From: Gemmatimonadota bacterium
Lineage (GTDB): Bacteria; Gemmatimonadota; Gemmatimonadetes; Palauibacterales; Palauibacteraceae
Assembly: GCA_046758745.1 (NCBI GenBank)
Contig: JBHIAV010000011.1
Coordinates: 1-64,000 of the forward strand
Direction: 5' to 3'
Length of the DNA: 64,000 bases
Below the pieces are notes generated by a model. The model had not been told where the DNA came from and did no database searches. It was given only the letters and a program-made list of their open reading frames with translations. Numbering within the stretch: position 1 is the stretch's first letter; every line of letters starts with the position of its first letter. Both the position numbers and the translations under genes were made by a program. Shown here piece after piece: positions 19,986-29,397 of this stretch.

Positions 19986-20012
19986 TGCATGGCGCCGACC
20001 TGATGGGCCGGC

Positions 20013-20435
20013 TCACTCGCCGATGATCTTGATCAAAACCCGCTTGTCGCGTCGGCCATCGAACTCGCCGTAGAAGATCTGCTCCCACGGTCCGAAGTCG
20101 AGCCGGCCACCCGTAACCGCCACTACGACCTCGCGCCCCATAATCTGCCTCTTGTGATGGGCGTCCGCGTTGTCCTCGCCCGTCCGGTTGTGATGGTAAC
20201 GCTCGGGGCTCGGGTCGAAGGGAGCGAGCTCCTCCAGCCAGCGCTTGTAGTCGTGATGCAGGCCGGGCTCGTCGTCGTTGATGAAGACCGAGGCGGTGAT
20301 GTGCATCGCGTTCACCAGGCAGAGGCCCTCCCGGACCCCGCTCTTTCGCAGCTCCTCCTCGACCTGTGTTGTAATGTTGATGAAATCCATGCGGCGCGGG
20401 ATGTGGAAGGTGAGATACGACGTGTGCGATTTCAT
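20013..20435 (-). CDS. yjbQ: YjbQ/UPF0047 family (secondary thiamine-phosphate synthase)
   Basis: [33 protein letters not shown]. Confidence 0.92.
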   Translation of the reverse strand: MKSHTSYLTFHIPRRMDFINITTQVEEELRKSGVREGLCLVNAMHITASVFINDDEPGLHHDYKRWLEELAPFDPSPERYHHNRTGEDNADAHHKRQIMGREVVVAVTGGRLDFGPWEQIFYGEFDGRRDKRVLIKIIGE

Positions 20436-20690
20436 TCGAGCACTCCGAACTGAACGAGGAGAAACAGGCTCGTGGCCGCTGTCATGTATCCGATTCCGAA
20501 AATCGCCCGAGCCCGCAGACCCGGACCGGGCCGGAGCGACGCGTCGGGGATCATACGGGTCACACAGTAACAGTTCAGCGTGAAGAGATGTGGCGCGAGG
20601 GGAACAAGGCCACGGCGGCCAGCTTTACCAGCACCACCGGATCGGGATGGAGGAAGGTGACACCCGACCGCGTCCAGTCGACGCCAGCCG
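20432..20690 (-). pseudogene. Frameshifted C-terminal fragment of a membrane transporter (Nramp-like)
   Basis: Two frames join to [68 protein letters not shown]; stop overlaps yjbQ ATG (ATGA). Confidence 0.4.
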
Positions 20691-20841
20691 CGGGGACTTG
20701 AGGCCGCTGTGATCCGGTCTCTATGTTCCGGCTGCTTCATGTACCGCAAGATCCCCGGGGAGAGGGCGGAGCAAGGCGGCCCGGCGTGCCTCGCGCGCGC
20801 ACACGCCGATCTCACAAATTGCTTCCTGTGAAGCGTGTAAT

Positions 20842-21243
20842 ATGCGTCCGGACACAACAGTACGCTGGATAGACGATCTGCGCTTCGAGGCGGCGGCCGG
20901 AGGTGCCGTGACCCTCATCGACGGCGATGGAAAGACCGGCCCGTCGCCCGTCTCGCTCCTCCTCGAATCCGTCGGAGCCTGCACGGCGGCGGACGTGGTG
21001 GACATCCTCAGGAAGGGGAGGGAGGACGTTCAGGGTCTCATCGTCGAGGTGTCGGCCGAGCGACGGGGGCAGCCGCCGCGTTACGTGAAGCGCCTGACTC
21101 TGCGCTTCCGGATCCAGGGACCCGTCAGCCGGAAGAAGGCGGAGCGGGCCGTCGACCTCTCGCTCGAGACCTACTGCAGCGTCTTCCACTCGATGCGAAA
21201 GGACCTGTCGCTGGACGTGGAGGTGGAGGTCGAGCCGGCCTAG
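20842..21243 (+). CDS. OsmC/YhfA family protein
   Basis: GPSPVSLLLESVGACTAADV, ERAVDLSLETYCSV. Confidence 0.9.
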   Translation: MRPDTTVRWIDDLRFEAAAGGAVTLIDGDGKTGPSPVSLLLESVGACTAADVVDILRKGREDVQGLIVEVSAERRGQPPRYVKRLTLRFRIQGPVSRKKAERAVDLSLETYCSVFHSMRKDLSLDVEVEVEPA

Positions 21244-21244
21244 G

Positions 21245-21294
21245 CCGGGGCGCCGGCGAGCCACATTCCCCGGGGCGCGGGCGAGCCGCATTCC
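21245..21294. repeat. 2 x 25-bp imperfect tandem repeat between convergent genes
   Basis: ccggggcgccggcgagccacattcc / ccggggcgcgggcgagccgcattcc (2 mismatches). Confidence 0.75.
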
Positions 21295-21347
21295 CCCGGC
21301 CGCTCCTCGGGGCGAAGACCGCCGCTCCTCCCCATGTGGGGCACCCT

Positions 21348-22193
21348 TCAGGGGAACGACAGAGAGAGCTTCACCTCGGCCATCAGCTCGTCGATGAGGG
21401 ATGCGCTGGCGAGTTCCAGGTTGTGGAGCTCGCGCTCCGGCAACCGCTCGCGGAGCTCGGCGCCCAGGATCGGGACGAGGACGGCGCGCACCCGGAGCGT
21501 CACGTCGGCGTCCGCCGTCGGCCGGGTCTCATCGGCGAACAGCAGGGGGTGGAGGCCCGCCTTGATCTCCTGCGCCCCGACCTCGAGATGGTGCTCGCTT
21601 CCGCCCGCTCGCAGCTCCACCGTGTCGGTCCGCGACCATACCGTTTTCGCATCCATAGAGTGCTGGAGCTGGACGGTTACCGCATACGGGCCGCGTCGGG
21701 CGCCTGCGAAGCCGAGGAGGATCGCGACGGACCCCTCGGGGCCGGCCGGCACCGCTTCCAGGGCCGTGATCCGGTGCCGAGTCTCTCTCAGGTCGGCGAG
21801 CGCCTGCTCGGCCGTGGCCGCACGATCTCTCCGGGCTCGCTGCTGCCGCTCCGCGCCGATGAATAGGGCCACCGCGGCCAGAGCCGCGATCGCGCCGGCG
21901 GTAGCGGCTCGCGTCGCGACCCTGTGTGCGTCGGGGTCCCTCCCATGCCCGTCGGCCTCCTGCCTTCTCCCGTGTCGGAGGCCGACCAGCGTCCCGAGAG
22001 CGACCAATCCGACGAAAGTGGCAGCGGCGAGCGTCTGCAGGAGCCTCGCGCCCCACGCCGGCCACGTATCCTCCCCGAAGAGGTAGAGCCAGAAGACGCC
22101 GGCACCGCCTCCGACCGACCCGGCGGCCCCGAGCCCGCCGGCCAGTCCCCCCCATATCATGCCGGCGAACGCCCATTTCGTGCGGAGTCTCAT
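21348..22193 (-). CDS. Hypothetical membrane protein (about 3 TM plus soluble C-terminal domain)
   Basis: Hydrophobic N-terminal segments (GVFWLYLFGEDTWPAW); coding-like codon usage. Confidence 0.6.
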   Translation of the reverse strand: MRLRTKWAFAGMIWGGLAGGLGAAGSVGGGAGVFWLYLFGEDTWPAWGARLLQTLAAATFVGLVALGTLVGLRHGRRQEADGHGRDPDAHRVATRAATAGAIAALAAVALFIGAERQQRARRDRAATAEQALADLRETRHRITALEAVPAGPEGSVAILLGFAGARRGPYAVTVQLQHSMDAKTVWSRTDTVELRAGGSEHHLEVGAQEIKAGLHPLLFADETRPTADADVTLRVRAVLVPILGAELRERLPERELHNLELASASLIDELMAEVKLSLSFP

Positions 22194-22444
22194 GTCGTCA
22201 GGCCAGCCGGTCCGGAGCGGGCGCAGCGGAACAGCTGGTTGGGAGCCGCCGCCGGACCGCGGGCAGGCAGGGAGGACGGGGTGGTGGGGCGGGTCTCATC
22301 GCAGCATCTCCGGTGGCCGAGGGCCCGGACCCCTCGACCGGGCTTCTCCGCTCCGGCCGCACGGCCGTGACCGAGCGAGCGCCGTCCCGTCTCGCCTTGG
22401 AGCGGGAAGCGCGGGGAGAGCTTACGGAACTCGGCTAGCGTACG

Positions 22445-22516
22445 CTATACCCGGAGCACCTTGCGGAGGGTGCGACGAATGAGCTCGATCGCGACGAGCA
22501 GCAAGATCCTGCGCAT
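22445..22516 (-). CDS. 23-aa cationic amphipathic peptide MRRILLLVAIELIRRTLRKVLRV (type I toxin-like)
   Basis: ATG at 22516, AGGAG 8 nt upstream, TAG at 22445-22447; below the ORF-track length cutoff. Confidence 0.5.
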   Translation of the reverse strand: MRRILLLVAIELIRRTLRKVLRV

Positions 22517-22732
22517 CTTCTGCACTCCTGTGGCGGGCGACGGCTCCTCGCGTGCAGGCCTCGGCGCTCCCTCGTCACCCGCGACGTAGTCGGATTCCTG
22601 CCCATGCGGACGTACGCATGCGGGGAGCCGGGTGTTTCGACGACGGCCGCGAGCTTCGAGATCGGGCGCCTGGGGCTGAACGGCAAGCGAGGGTGCCCGC
22701 CCGCGGCGCGCCAGGCTATCTTTTGGTGGTTC

Positions 22733-22815
<83 letters not shown>

Positions 22816-22838
22816 TTGGCAGGCAACGTGTTGTGGGG

Positions 22839-22958
22839 CTTCGTCGCCTCCTCCAGCAACCGCTCCCATACGATCGCGTACCTGTCGAAGATCGAGCGGG
22901 TCAGGTGGCCCAATAGGTTCATGGCCACAGTTTCGGAGATACCCGACCGCACGAGGTT
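22839..22958 (-). pseudogene. C-terminal remnant of a tyrosine recombinase/phage integrase
   Basis: NLVRSGISETVAMNLLGHLTRSIFDRYAIV matches integrase box II (LGH...Y); lies just 3' of the tRNA. Confidence 0.75.
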
Positions 22959-23026
22959 GACCTGCGCGTGCCCCGGCTTCTCTTTCGTTTCTCGCTGCTC
23001 TGCCGGCGGGGAAGGCGAGGAATCGA

Positions 23027-23812
23027 ATGATCCTGCCGCTCTGGGTCCGAAAGCGAACCTCGAGAGTCGTCGGTCGTGTGCCCGTTCGGATCCGCTCTGG
23101 TCCAAACCGAGGTCTTCGTTGGACCCTTGCGAGTTCAGGAAGGGGGTACTGGACGGGACAGTTCCAAGAGGAGCAGCTGCAATCACTCCTTGCGCTGGTG
23201 CGACCGGGCGATCAGGTGTGGGACATTGGAGCGCACAAGGGATACGTGACTCTGGCCCTGGCGAGGAAAGTCGGATCGGAGGGAGTGGTGACGGCCTTCG
23301 AGCCGTCGGAGATGAACCTGTGGTTTCTGCGGCGCCACATTCGATGGAATGAGCTGGGGAACGTGCGCGTGATGCCGGTGGCCGTGAGCGATCAGGTGGG
23401 ACATGACCGGTTTGGCGGGGAGGGAGGAACGGCCACTTTCCGGCTAGGACGAGGTGACGAGGTGGTGCGGGTGTCGACGATCCGGGGTTTGGTGGAGGAG
23501 GAAGGACTGGCGGCGCCCGATGTGCTGAAGATCGATGTTGAAGGCAACGAGGGGCCGGTGCTGCGGGGAGCGGGTGAGTTGCTGTCGGACGACTTGGTGC
23601 TGTTCGTCGCGATTCACGGAAGGGAGCAATACGGAGAGTGCCGGGAGTTGCTGTTGGCGTCCGGGTATCGCTTGTACGAGTCTCGCGAACTGGCGGTCCG
23701 GACGGCGGATCCGGCGCGGCGTTGGGGTGGGGAGGCTGAGCTGGTAGCGGTGAGTCCGAAGCGAGGAATCCCGGATGAGACGATGAGGAATCTGCCCTTG
23801 TTTGCCGGCTAG
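23027..23812 (+). CDS. FkbM family SAM-dependent methyltransferase
   Basis: WDIGAHKGY, AFEPS..N, PDVLKIDVEGNE. Confidence 0.9.
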   Translation: MILPLWVRKRTSRVVGRVPVRIRSGPNRGLRWTLASSGRGYWTGQFQEEQLQSLLALVRPGDQVWDIGAHKGYVTLALARKVGSEGVVTAFEPSEMNLWFLRRHIRWNELGNVRVMPVAVSDQVGHDRFGGEGGTATFRLGRGDEVVRVSTIRGLVEEEGLAAPDVLKIDVEGNEGPVLRGAGELLSDDLVLFVAIHGREQYGECRELLLASGYRLYESRELAVRTADPARRWGGEAELVAVSPKRGIPDETMRNLPLFAG

Positions 23813-24003
23813 CGACCCACGGAGCCGTACGGAGGTCTTTGCGTCGTGCGCTTGACCCTCGACTGCAGGACCACAGCCCTCCGTCGAGAGCATGTGCGTG
23901 AGAGGAGTTATGACGCGAGCCGAGGCGTGGGAATGGGTTCGCTCACATACCGCCGCCCCCGCCATGGGGGGCCGTCAGGTGGCGGTCGCCGGCTCGGGAT
24001 GCC

Positions 24004-24192
24004 ATGAACAGGCGCCTTCAGCCGTTCGCGCACGTCTTTCTCCTCCTCATAGCCTTGGCTTTCTTTGCCTGGCTGGCGCGCGAGATCTTGGCTGCGGTGG
24101 CGATCGCCGTCCTCTTCGTCATTGTACCAGCCGCGCTCGGCCTTGGCATCGTCTGGGTGGCACGGCACATCATCGAGCGTCGGAAGCGCTGA
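24004..24192 (+). CDS. Small 2-TM membrane protein (62 aa)
   Basis: Two hydrophobic helices with basic termini (MNRR... / ...ERRKR). Confidence 0.55.
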   Translation: MNRRLQPFAHVFLLLIALAFFAWLAREILAAVAIAVLFVIVPAALGLGIVWVARHIIERRKR

Positions 24193-24335
24193 GCGGAGCG
24201 GTGGGCGGTCACAGCAGGCACGATCTCCCGGGCGATGCAGCCATGGAACGGGTACTGGAGCGAGCGGCTGGGAAGGTATAGTCTGTAGGGTCAATCCGAG
24301 CGTCCCAGCAGCTACTGCATGGGGAGGAGGGAGCG

Positions 24336-24749
24336 ATGCCGGACACGGTTCGCAAAGTCGATTATTACACCACGACCGTAGCTGATAGGCCCGACGAGGG
24401 CGCGCGCCTGCTCGGCGTTTTCAGGGAGGCAGGCGTGAACTTCCTCGCGGTTGACGCATTCCCCAGCGGCGGGGGGGAGTGGCGGGTCGATCTCGTGCCG
24501 GAGGACCGGGATGCGTTCCTAGCTGCGGCTGAGAAATCCGGCATCGGGCTGAGCGGTGCCAAGGCCGCTTTCCTCCTCGACGGGGAGGACCGGGTCGGTG
24601 CCACGGCAGACACCCTGGGGAGGCTTGGGACGGAGGGGATCAACGTGACGGCGGTGACCTCCATCGTCACGGGCGGCCGTTACGGCACGCTGCTGTGGGT
24701 CAAGCCTGCGGACATGGAGAGGGCCGCGACGACCCTGGGGGCGAAGTAA
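24336..24749 (+). CDS. ACT-domain-like protein (two tandem ACT folds)
   Basis: VADRPDEGARLLGVFREAGVN and EDRVGATADTLGRLGTEGIN repeats; RBS GGAGG. Confidence 0.75.
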   Translation: MPDTVRKVDYYTTTVADRPDEGARLLGVFREAGVNFLAVDAFPSGGGEWRVDLVPEDRDAFLAAAEKSGIGLSGAKAAFLLDGEDRVGATADTLGRLGTEGINVTAVTSIVTGGRYGTLLWVKPADMERAATTLGAK

Positions 24750-25012
24750 CCCCGCTCGAAGTACGTCCCCCCGTCGGCATCCCGGCGAGACCTGAGCTCC
24801 GACAGGACATGGTGATCCAGCAGAGCTCTCGTTGAGCCGGTTCCCGGCGCCAACGGCAATGGGTCCCTGCGGGTCGGCGTCACAACCCCCGGCCACCACA
24901 GCTGACTTGGCCACACACCGGCTGAGTCCTGACGCGGAGCCACCTGATCGGGCGACCCCCCCGGGTTGGCATTCGATGAGCTTGTGAGGCGACGCTGCCA
25001 GACCTTCACGAA

Positions 25013-25948
25013 GTGATCCACGCCGAGCTGCAGGACCGCTACGCCCTCGAGGGCGAGCTCGGGCGCGGGGGAATGGCCACCGTCTTCCTGGTTCGGGACC
25101 GGAAGCACGACCGACAGGTGGCCCTCAAGGTCCTCGATCCGGAACTCACCTCGACCGTGGGTCCGAGGCGGTTCAAGCGCGAGATCCGCTTCACGGCCCG
25201 GCTCCAGCACGCACACATCCTTCCTCTTCTCGACTCGGGGGTCGCCGGCCATCTTCTCTACTACGTGACGCCGTACGTGAAGGGAGAGACGCTGCGGGAG
25301 CGGATCGCGCGCGGTGGACCGCTTCCGCTCGAAGAGGCGATTCGCATCGCCATGGACGTGGCGGCCGCTCTCGACTATGCGCACCGCCAGGGGATCGTCC
25401 ACCGCGACATCAAGCCCGAGAACATTCTTCTCTCGGACCAGCAGGCGATGGTCACCGACTTCGGGATCGCCCGGGCCATGAGCCCGGAGGGCGATCCCGG
25501 GATCACCGCAACGGGCGGTGTCGTCGGGACGCTCGCCTATATGAGTCCGGAGCAGGCGGTGGGTTCCCGAAAGGTGGATGGGCGCGCGGATGTGTACAGC
25601 CTCGCCTGCGTGCTGTACGAGATGCTGGTCGGCCGCCCTCCCTTCGTCGACGCGACCACGGAGGGCGTTCTTCGCAAGCACCTGTATGAGACCCCTCCGC
25701 CGATCGAGGGTGCTCGCCCCGACGTGCCGGCGCCGATCCGGCGCGCGCTGGCCGCGGCGCTCGCCAAAGCCCCGGCGTCCCGGACTCGGACGGCGGCGGA
25801 GTTCGCTCGCGCGCTCGGGGCGACGGACGCGCCGGCCGGCCGGCTGAGGGCGTCGCTCTCCGGAGGCGGCGTTTGGCGTCTCGCGCCGGTCGCCGCTCTC
25901 CTCCTCGCCCTTGCGGCGCTCGCGGCGTGGAGGGCCTGCGCGGCATGA
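25013..25948 (+). CDS. Hanks-type Ser/Thr protein kinase with C-terminal TM helix
   Basis: LGRGGMATV, VALK, HRDIKPEN, DFG, YMSPEQ, DVYSL. Confidence 0.92.
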   Translation: MIHAELQDRYALEGELGRGGMATVFLVRDRKHDRQVALKVLDPELTSTVGPRRFKREIRFTARLQHAHILPLLDSGVAGHLLYYVTPYVKGETLRERIARGGPLPLEEAIRIAMDVAAALDYAHRQGIVHRDIKPENILLSDQQAMVTDFGIARAMSPEGDPGITATGGVVGTLAYMSPEQAVGSRKVDGRADVYSLACVLYEMLVGRPPFVDATTEGVLRKHLYETPPPIEGARPDVPAPIRRALAAALAKAPASRTRTAAEFARALGATDAPAGRLRASLSGGGVWRLAPVAALLLALAALAAWRACAA

Positions 25949-26259
25949 GCTGCGGCACCCCGCCGGGAGCCGCTTTCCAGCGCGGACGCCCGCATCCCGA
26001 ACTTCGTCGCGGCCGGAGCGACATGGAGGAGTCGAGCAACGTCATCGTGTCCGAGCCATACGCGCGATGCGCAGGTGTGACGGGAATGACCAACGAGCCC
26101 CTTTCTCTCTACTCGACGATGGAAATCTACCGTGGATCCGCGACCGGTACGAGCCACCAGGCGGGGCGTTGTAGCGCGCGACGCGTCCCGGTATCGTTGC
26201 CCGGCCGAGCGCGGGTCGCCGAGCCCGCCGAGCAGCCCTTCGCAAGGAAGCCAGACGCC

Positions 26260-27084
26260 ATGGAAGCGAACCCGCCGGTCGCGATTCTGGGAGTCGGCAA
26301 CATAGGTCGGGCGATAGCGGTGGGACTGGTCGGCGCCGGCCGTTACGAGCCCGGGCAACTCATCTTGACCCGCCGGAAGGTCCACCTCCTCCAGGACCTG
26401 GCCGAACGAGGTTTCCACACGCAGGCCGACAACCGGGACGCGGTGCGACGTGCCGAGACCGTGATCCTGGCTGTGGAGCCGCAGCAGCTCGATGCTCTGC
26501 TGGCCGAGGTCGCTCCCGAGATCGTGGCCGACCGGCACCTGCTGATCTCGGTCGTGTCCGGCGCCGGCATAGAGCAGATCCTCCGCCAGCTGGGAGTCGG
26601 AGTGCCGGTGGTGCGAGCGATGCCCAACACCGCCATCGCGATCCGAAGTTCCATGACCTGCCTGGCGGCTCGACCGGGGCAGGAAGCGGCTCTCGAGCGC
26701 GCGGCTTCGATCTTCGGAGCGGTCGGGATGACGCTCGTCATCGACGAGGAGCAGATGATCCCCGCCACGGCTCTATGCGCCTGCGGCATTGCGTTCTTCC
26801 TGCGGGCCGTCCGGGCGGCCTCGCAGGGCGGCATCGAGATCGGCTTTCATCCGGAGGAGGCGCTGACGATGGCCGCCCAGACGGCGCTCGGCGCAGCCTC
26901 GCTCCTCCTGCGGCACGACCGTCATCCGGAGCGCGAGATCGACGCCGTGACGACGCCGCGCGGCTGTACGATCTCGGGACTGAACGAGATGGAGCACCAG
27001 GGCTTCAGCTCCGCGATGATCAAGGGGATCGTCATCTCGGCGGAGAAGGCGGCGCACCTGTACGCGGGCCCCTCGCTGGCCTGA
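26260..27084 (+). CDS. proC: Pyrroline-5-carboxylate reductase
   Basis: ILGVGNIG, VRAMPNT, VTTPRGCTI; start moved to ATG 26260. Confidence 0.92.
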   Translation: MEANPPVAILGVGNIGRAIAVGLVGAGRYEPGQLILTRRKVHLLQDLAERGFHTQADNRDAVRRAETVILAVEPQQLDALLAEVAPEIVADRHLLISVVSGAGIEQILRQLGVGVPVVRAMPNTAIAIRSSMTCLAARPGQEAALERAASIFGAVGMTLVIDEEQMIPATALCACGIAFFLRAVRAASQGGIEIGFHPEEALTMAAQTALGAASLLLRHDRHPEREIDAVTTPRGCTISGLNEMEHQGFSSAMIKGIVISAEKAAHLYAGPSLA

Positions 27085-27124
27085 GGCGTGCTCCGGCAGG
27101 TCGGCGCACGCTTGGAGGAAGAAC

Positions 27125-27493
27125 TTGACTGAAGAAGACAGGGCGACGAGAGAGGAAGAAGCGGCCACGGCGGCCGAGACTTGGCTGCGGCTGGTGGACG
27201 CCGGCAGGTACCCGGAGAGCTGGGACGAGGCTGCTCCATACCTTCAGGGGTTCGTGGACCGAGATCGACTTGCACGGCAGCTCCGCGCCGCCAGGGAGCC
27301 GCTCGGCGCCCTCCGGGCACGGAAGCTGGCGTCGGCCCTCTACGCCACCTCGCTCCCGGGTGCGCCCGACGGGGAGTACGTGGTGTTGCAGTACGAGACC
27401 AGCTTCGAGAACAAACGCTCGGCCGTGGAGACGGTCACCCCGATGCGGGCCGCAGACGGCGGCTGGAAGGTGTCCGGCTACTACATCAAATGA
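27125..27493 (+). CDS. DUF4019-like protein
   Basis: WLRLVDAGRYPESW, LPGAPDGEYVVLQYETSFENK, WKVSGYYI. Confidence 0.8.
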   Translation: MTEEDRATREEEAATAAETWLRLVDAGRYPESWDEAAPYLQGFVDRDRLARQLRAAREPLGALRARKLASALYATSLPGAPDGEYVVLQYETSFENKRSAVETVTPMRAADGGWKVSGYYIK

Positions 27494-27544
27494 CCTCGCA
27501 TCCGCGACTGGCGCGGCGCCAGCCGCAAGCCTAGCCTTCTGCGC

Positions 27545-28303
27545 ATGACGCCCTGGGTCGGTCAGCTCATATTCGCCAACGTGGTGATGTATGTTTTGAG
27601 CATCGCCTTTCCGGCGCTCGTCGGAGACCTGGCCTTCATGCCGGCCCTCGTCCTCTCCCGTCCGTGGACTCCCTTGACCTATATGTTTCTCCACGCCGGG
27701 GTGTGGCACCTCTTCTTCAATATGATCGCGCTGTTCTTCTTCGGGCCCCGGCTCGAGGTGCGTTTGGGCGGCCCGCGCTTCCTCCGGCTCTACTTCATAA
27801 GCGGGCTGATGGGAGCGGGTCTGTCGGTCCTCACGCCGTTTGCGACGATCGTCGGCGCTTCGGGCGCCGTGTTCGGCGTCCTCCTCGGGTTCGCCCGGTA
27901 CTGGCCGCACGAGCGGATCTACATCTGGGGGGTGCTGCCGATCGAGGCGCGGGTCCTGGTGATCGCGATGACCGTCCTGGCGTTGTGGGGCGGCTTCGGC
28001 GGGTCGAGGGACGGCATCGCCCACTTCGCGCACCTCGGCGGCTTTCTCGGCGGATACCTCTACCTGCGCTACACGGAGGCTACGTCACCGGCCCGGAACT
28101 TCCGCCAGCGCGCGACGGTGACCCTGAGCGCGAAGATCAGCGACGGAAGAAACCTGCAGCGCTGGTCGCAGATCGATCGGGACAGCCTGCACGAGGCCAA
28201 CCGCGACGAGCTGGATCGCATACTGGAGAAGATCCGGGTGAGCGGGACCTCCAGCCTCACGCTGCGCGAGCGGGAGTTCCTCGATCGGTTCAGTGCAGGA
28301 TAG
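27545..28303 (+). CDS. Rhomboid family intramembrane serine protease
   Basis: YMFLHAG..HLFFNM, GASGAVFG, AHFAHLGG; C-terminal LDRILEKI..G..SLT domain. Confidence 0.92.
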   Translation: MTPWVGQLIFANVVMYVLSIAFPALVGDLAFMPALVLSRPWTPLTYMFLHAGVWHLFFNMIALFFFGPRLEVRLGGPRFLRLYFISGLMGAGLSVLTPFATIVGASGAVFGVLLGFARYWPHERIYIWGVLPIEARVLVIAMTVLALWGGFGGSRDGIAHFAHLGGFLGGYLYLRYTEATSPARNFRQRATVTLSAKISDGRNLQRWSQIDRDSLHEANRDELDRILEKIRVSGTSSLTLREREFLDRFSAG

Positions 28304-28347
28304 CCGGAGAGAAAGCGCCCGTCGTCGGGCCTCTGCGCGAGGCTGCC

Positions 28348-29397
28348 TCAGGCGCGGCGTGCGTTCAGGCAGAGCGTCCCGTGCCCGGCACGGCAGCGGC
28401 ACGGCCCTAGACCCGCGGCCCCCGGATCCCGACCGTCGAGGAACGGAAGGACGAGCTCGGCCAGCACGGCGGCGAACCGGGGGTCATCGTGTGGCACGGG
28501 CACCCGGTGGAACGCCAGGCCGCGCTCCTCCGCCTCGGCCCGCAGCTCGAGATCCAGCTCGGCGAGCGTCTCCGACTGCTCGTGCATGAAGCTGATCGGC
28601 ACCACCACGATCCTGGCCGCTTCGATGCACGCGATCAGATGTTCGTTGTCGGGCTGCGTCCACGGGATGTTACGGTTGCCGTGGTTCTGGAAGCCGATGA
28701 CGTAGCGATCCACCCCGAGCGCCTCCGCGACCAGGCGGCAGCTCTCCTCCACGTAGCGATCGTATGGCACGCCGCCCGCCAGGTATCGAAGCGGCGTCCC
28801 GTGTGCCGAGAAGTAAAGGAGCGTCTCCTCATCGCGAAGGTCGAGGTCCGACGCCGCCGCGAAGGCACGGATGCCATCGGCCCGGAGGCGCACGTACCCC
28901 GGGTGCGTGTGCCAGCCGCTCACCTCGAAAAGCTCGATCCCGGCCGCCACCTCCCGGACGGCGGCGGCGAGCTCGGCCAACGCGGCCACCGTCGTCGAGG
29001 CCCCGCACAGCGGGTACACGGGGAGTCCGACCAGCCTCCGGATGCCCTCTGCGTTCGCCCGGCGGACCGCGCTTCGAATGGATGGCTCGGTGAACTGCAT
29101 CCCCACGTAGGTCGCCACCCGGAACCCGCGGTCGCGGAGCTCGGCCCGCAGCGCATCCGCCTGGGCGGAGGCCTGCCGATTCAGTGGCGAGCCGCCGATC
29201 CGTTCGTACTCCGCGATGAGCCCGGGCGCCCTGCGCGCCGCCAGCTCGCGGCCGTGGCGTCGCCGCTCCTCCTCGGAGGTGCCCTCCTCTAGCGACGAGT
29301 TGATCCAGAAGATGCGCTCCAGGTAGGGGATGACGGCCGCGGGCGTCGCCACCTCCGGCTCTCCGAAGTTGAGAAGGACAATCCCGGTCCTCATCAT
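28348..29397 (-). CDS. hemH: Ferrochelatase
   Basis: LLNFGEP, GGSPL, YVGMQFTEP, FSAHG, WTQP, SETLAELD. Confidence 0.9.
   Translation of the reverse strand: MMRTGIVLLNFGEPEVATPAAVIPYLERIFWINSSLEEGTSEEERRRHGRELAARRAPGLIAEYERIGGSPLNRQASAQADALRAELRDRGFRVATYVGMQFTEPSIRSAVRRANAEGIRRLVGLPVYPLCGASTTVAALAELAAAVREVAAGIELFEVSGWHTHPGYVRLRADGIRAFAAASDLDLRDEETLLYFSAHGTPLRYLAGGVPYDRYVEESCRLVAEALGVDRYVIGFQNHGNRNIPWTQPDNEHLIACIEAARIVVVPISFMHEQSETLAELDLELRAEAEERGLAFHRVPVPHDDPRFAAVLAELVLPFLDGRDPGAAGLGPCRCRAGHGTLCLNARRA

Noticed and set aside
19890-19997. CRISPR array (32-bp repeats)
   Set aside because: Units are directly adjacent with no unique spacers; no cas genes in the window
20440-20770. SRP/6S-like ncRNA or TPP riboswitch upstream of yjbQ
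   Set aside because: Only a GAAGCAGC fragment resembles SRP; conserved cores not found; a decayed coding remnant explains it better
23876-23884. attR duplicate of the tRNA 3' end (ccctccgt)
   Set aside because: An 8-9 bp match is expected by chance at this GC content
25949-26259. Long N-terminal extension of ProC, or ABC-permease remnant (DMEESSNVIVSE)
   Set aside because: ProC homology starts at ATG 26260; the upstream resemblance is too short to support
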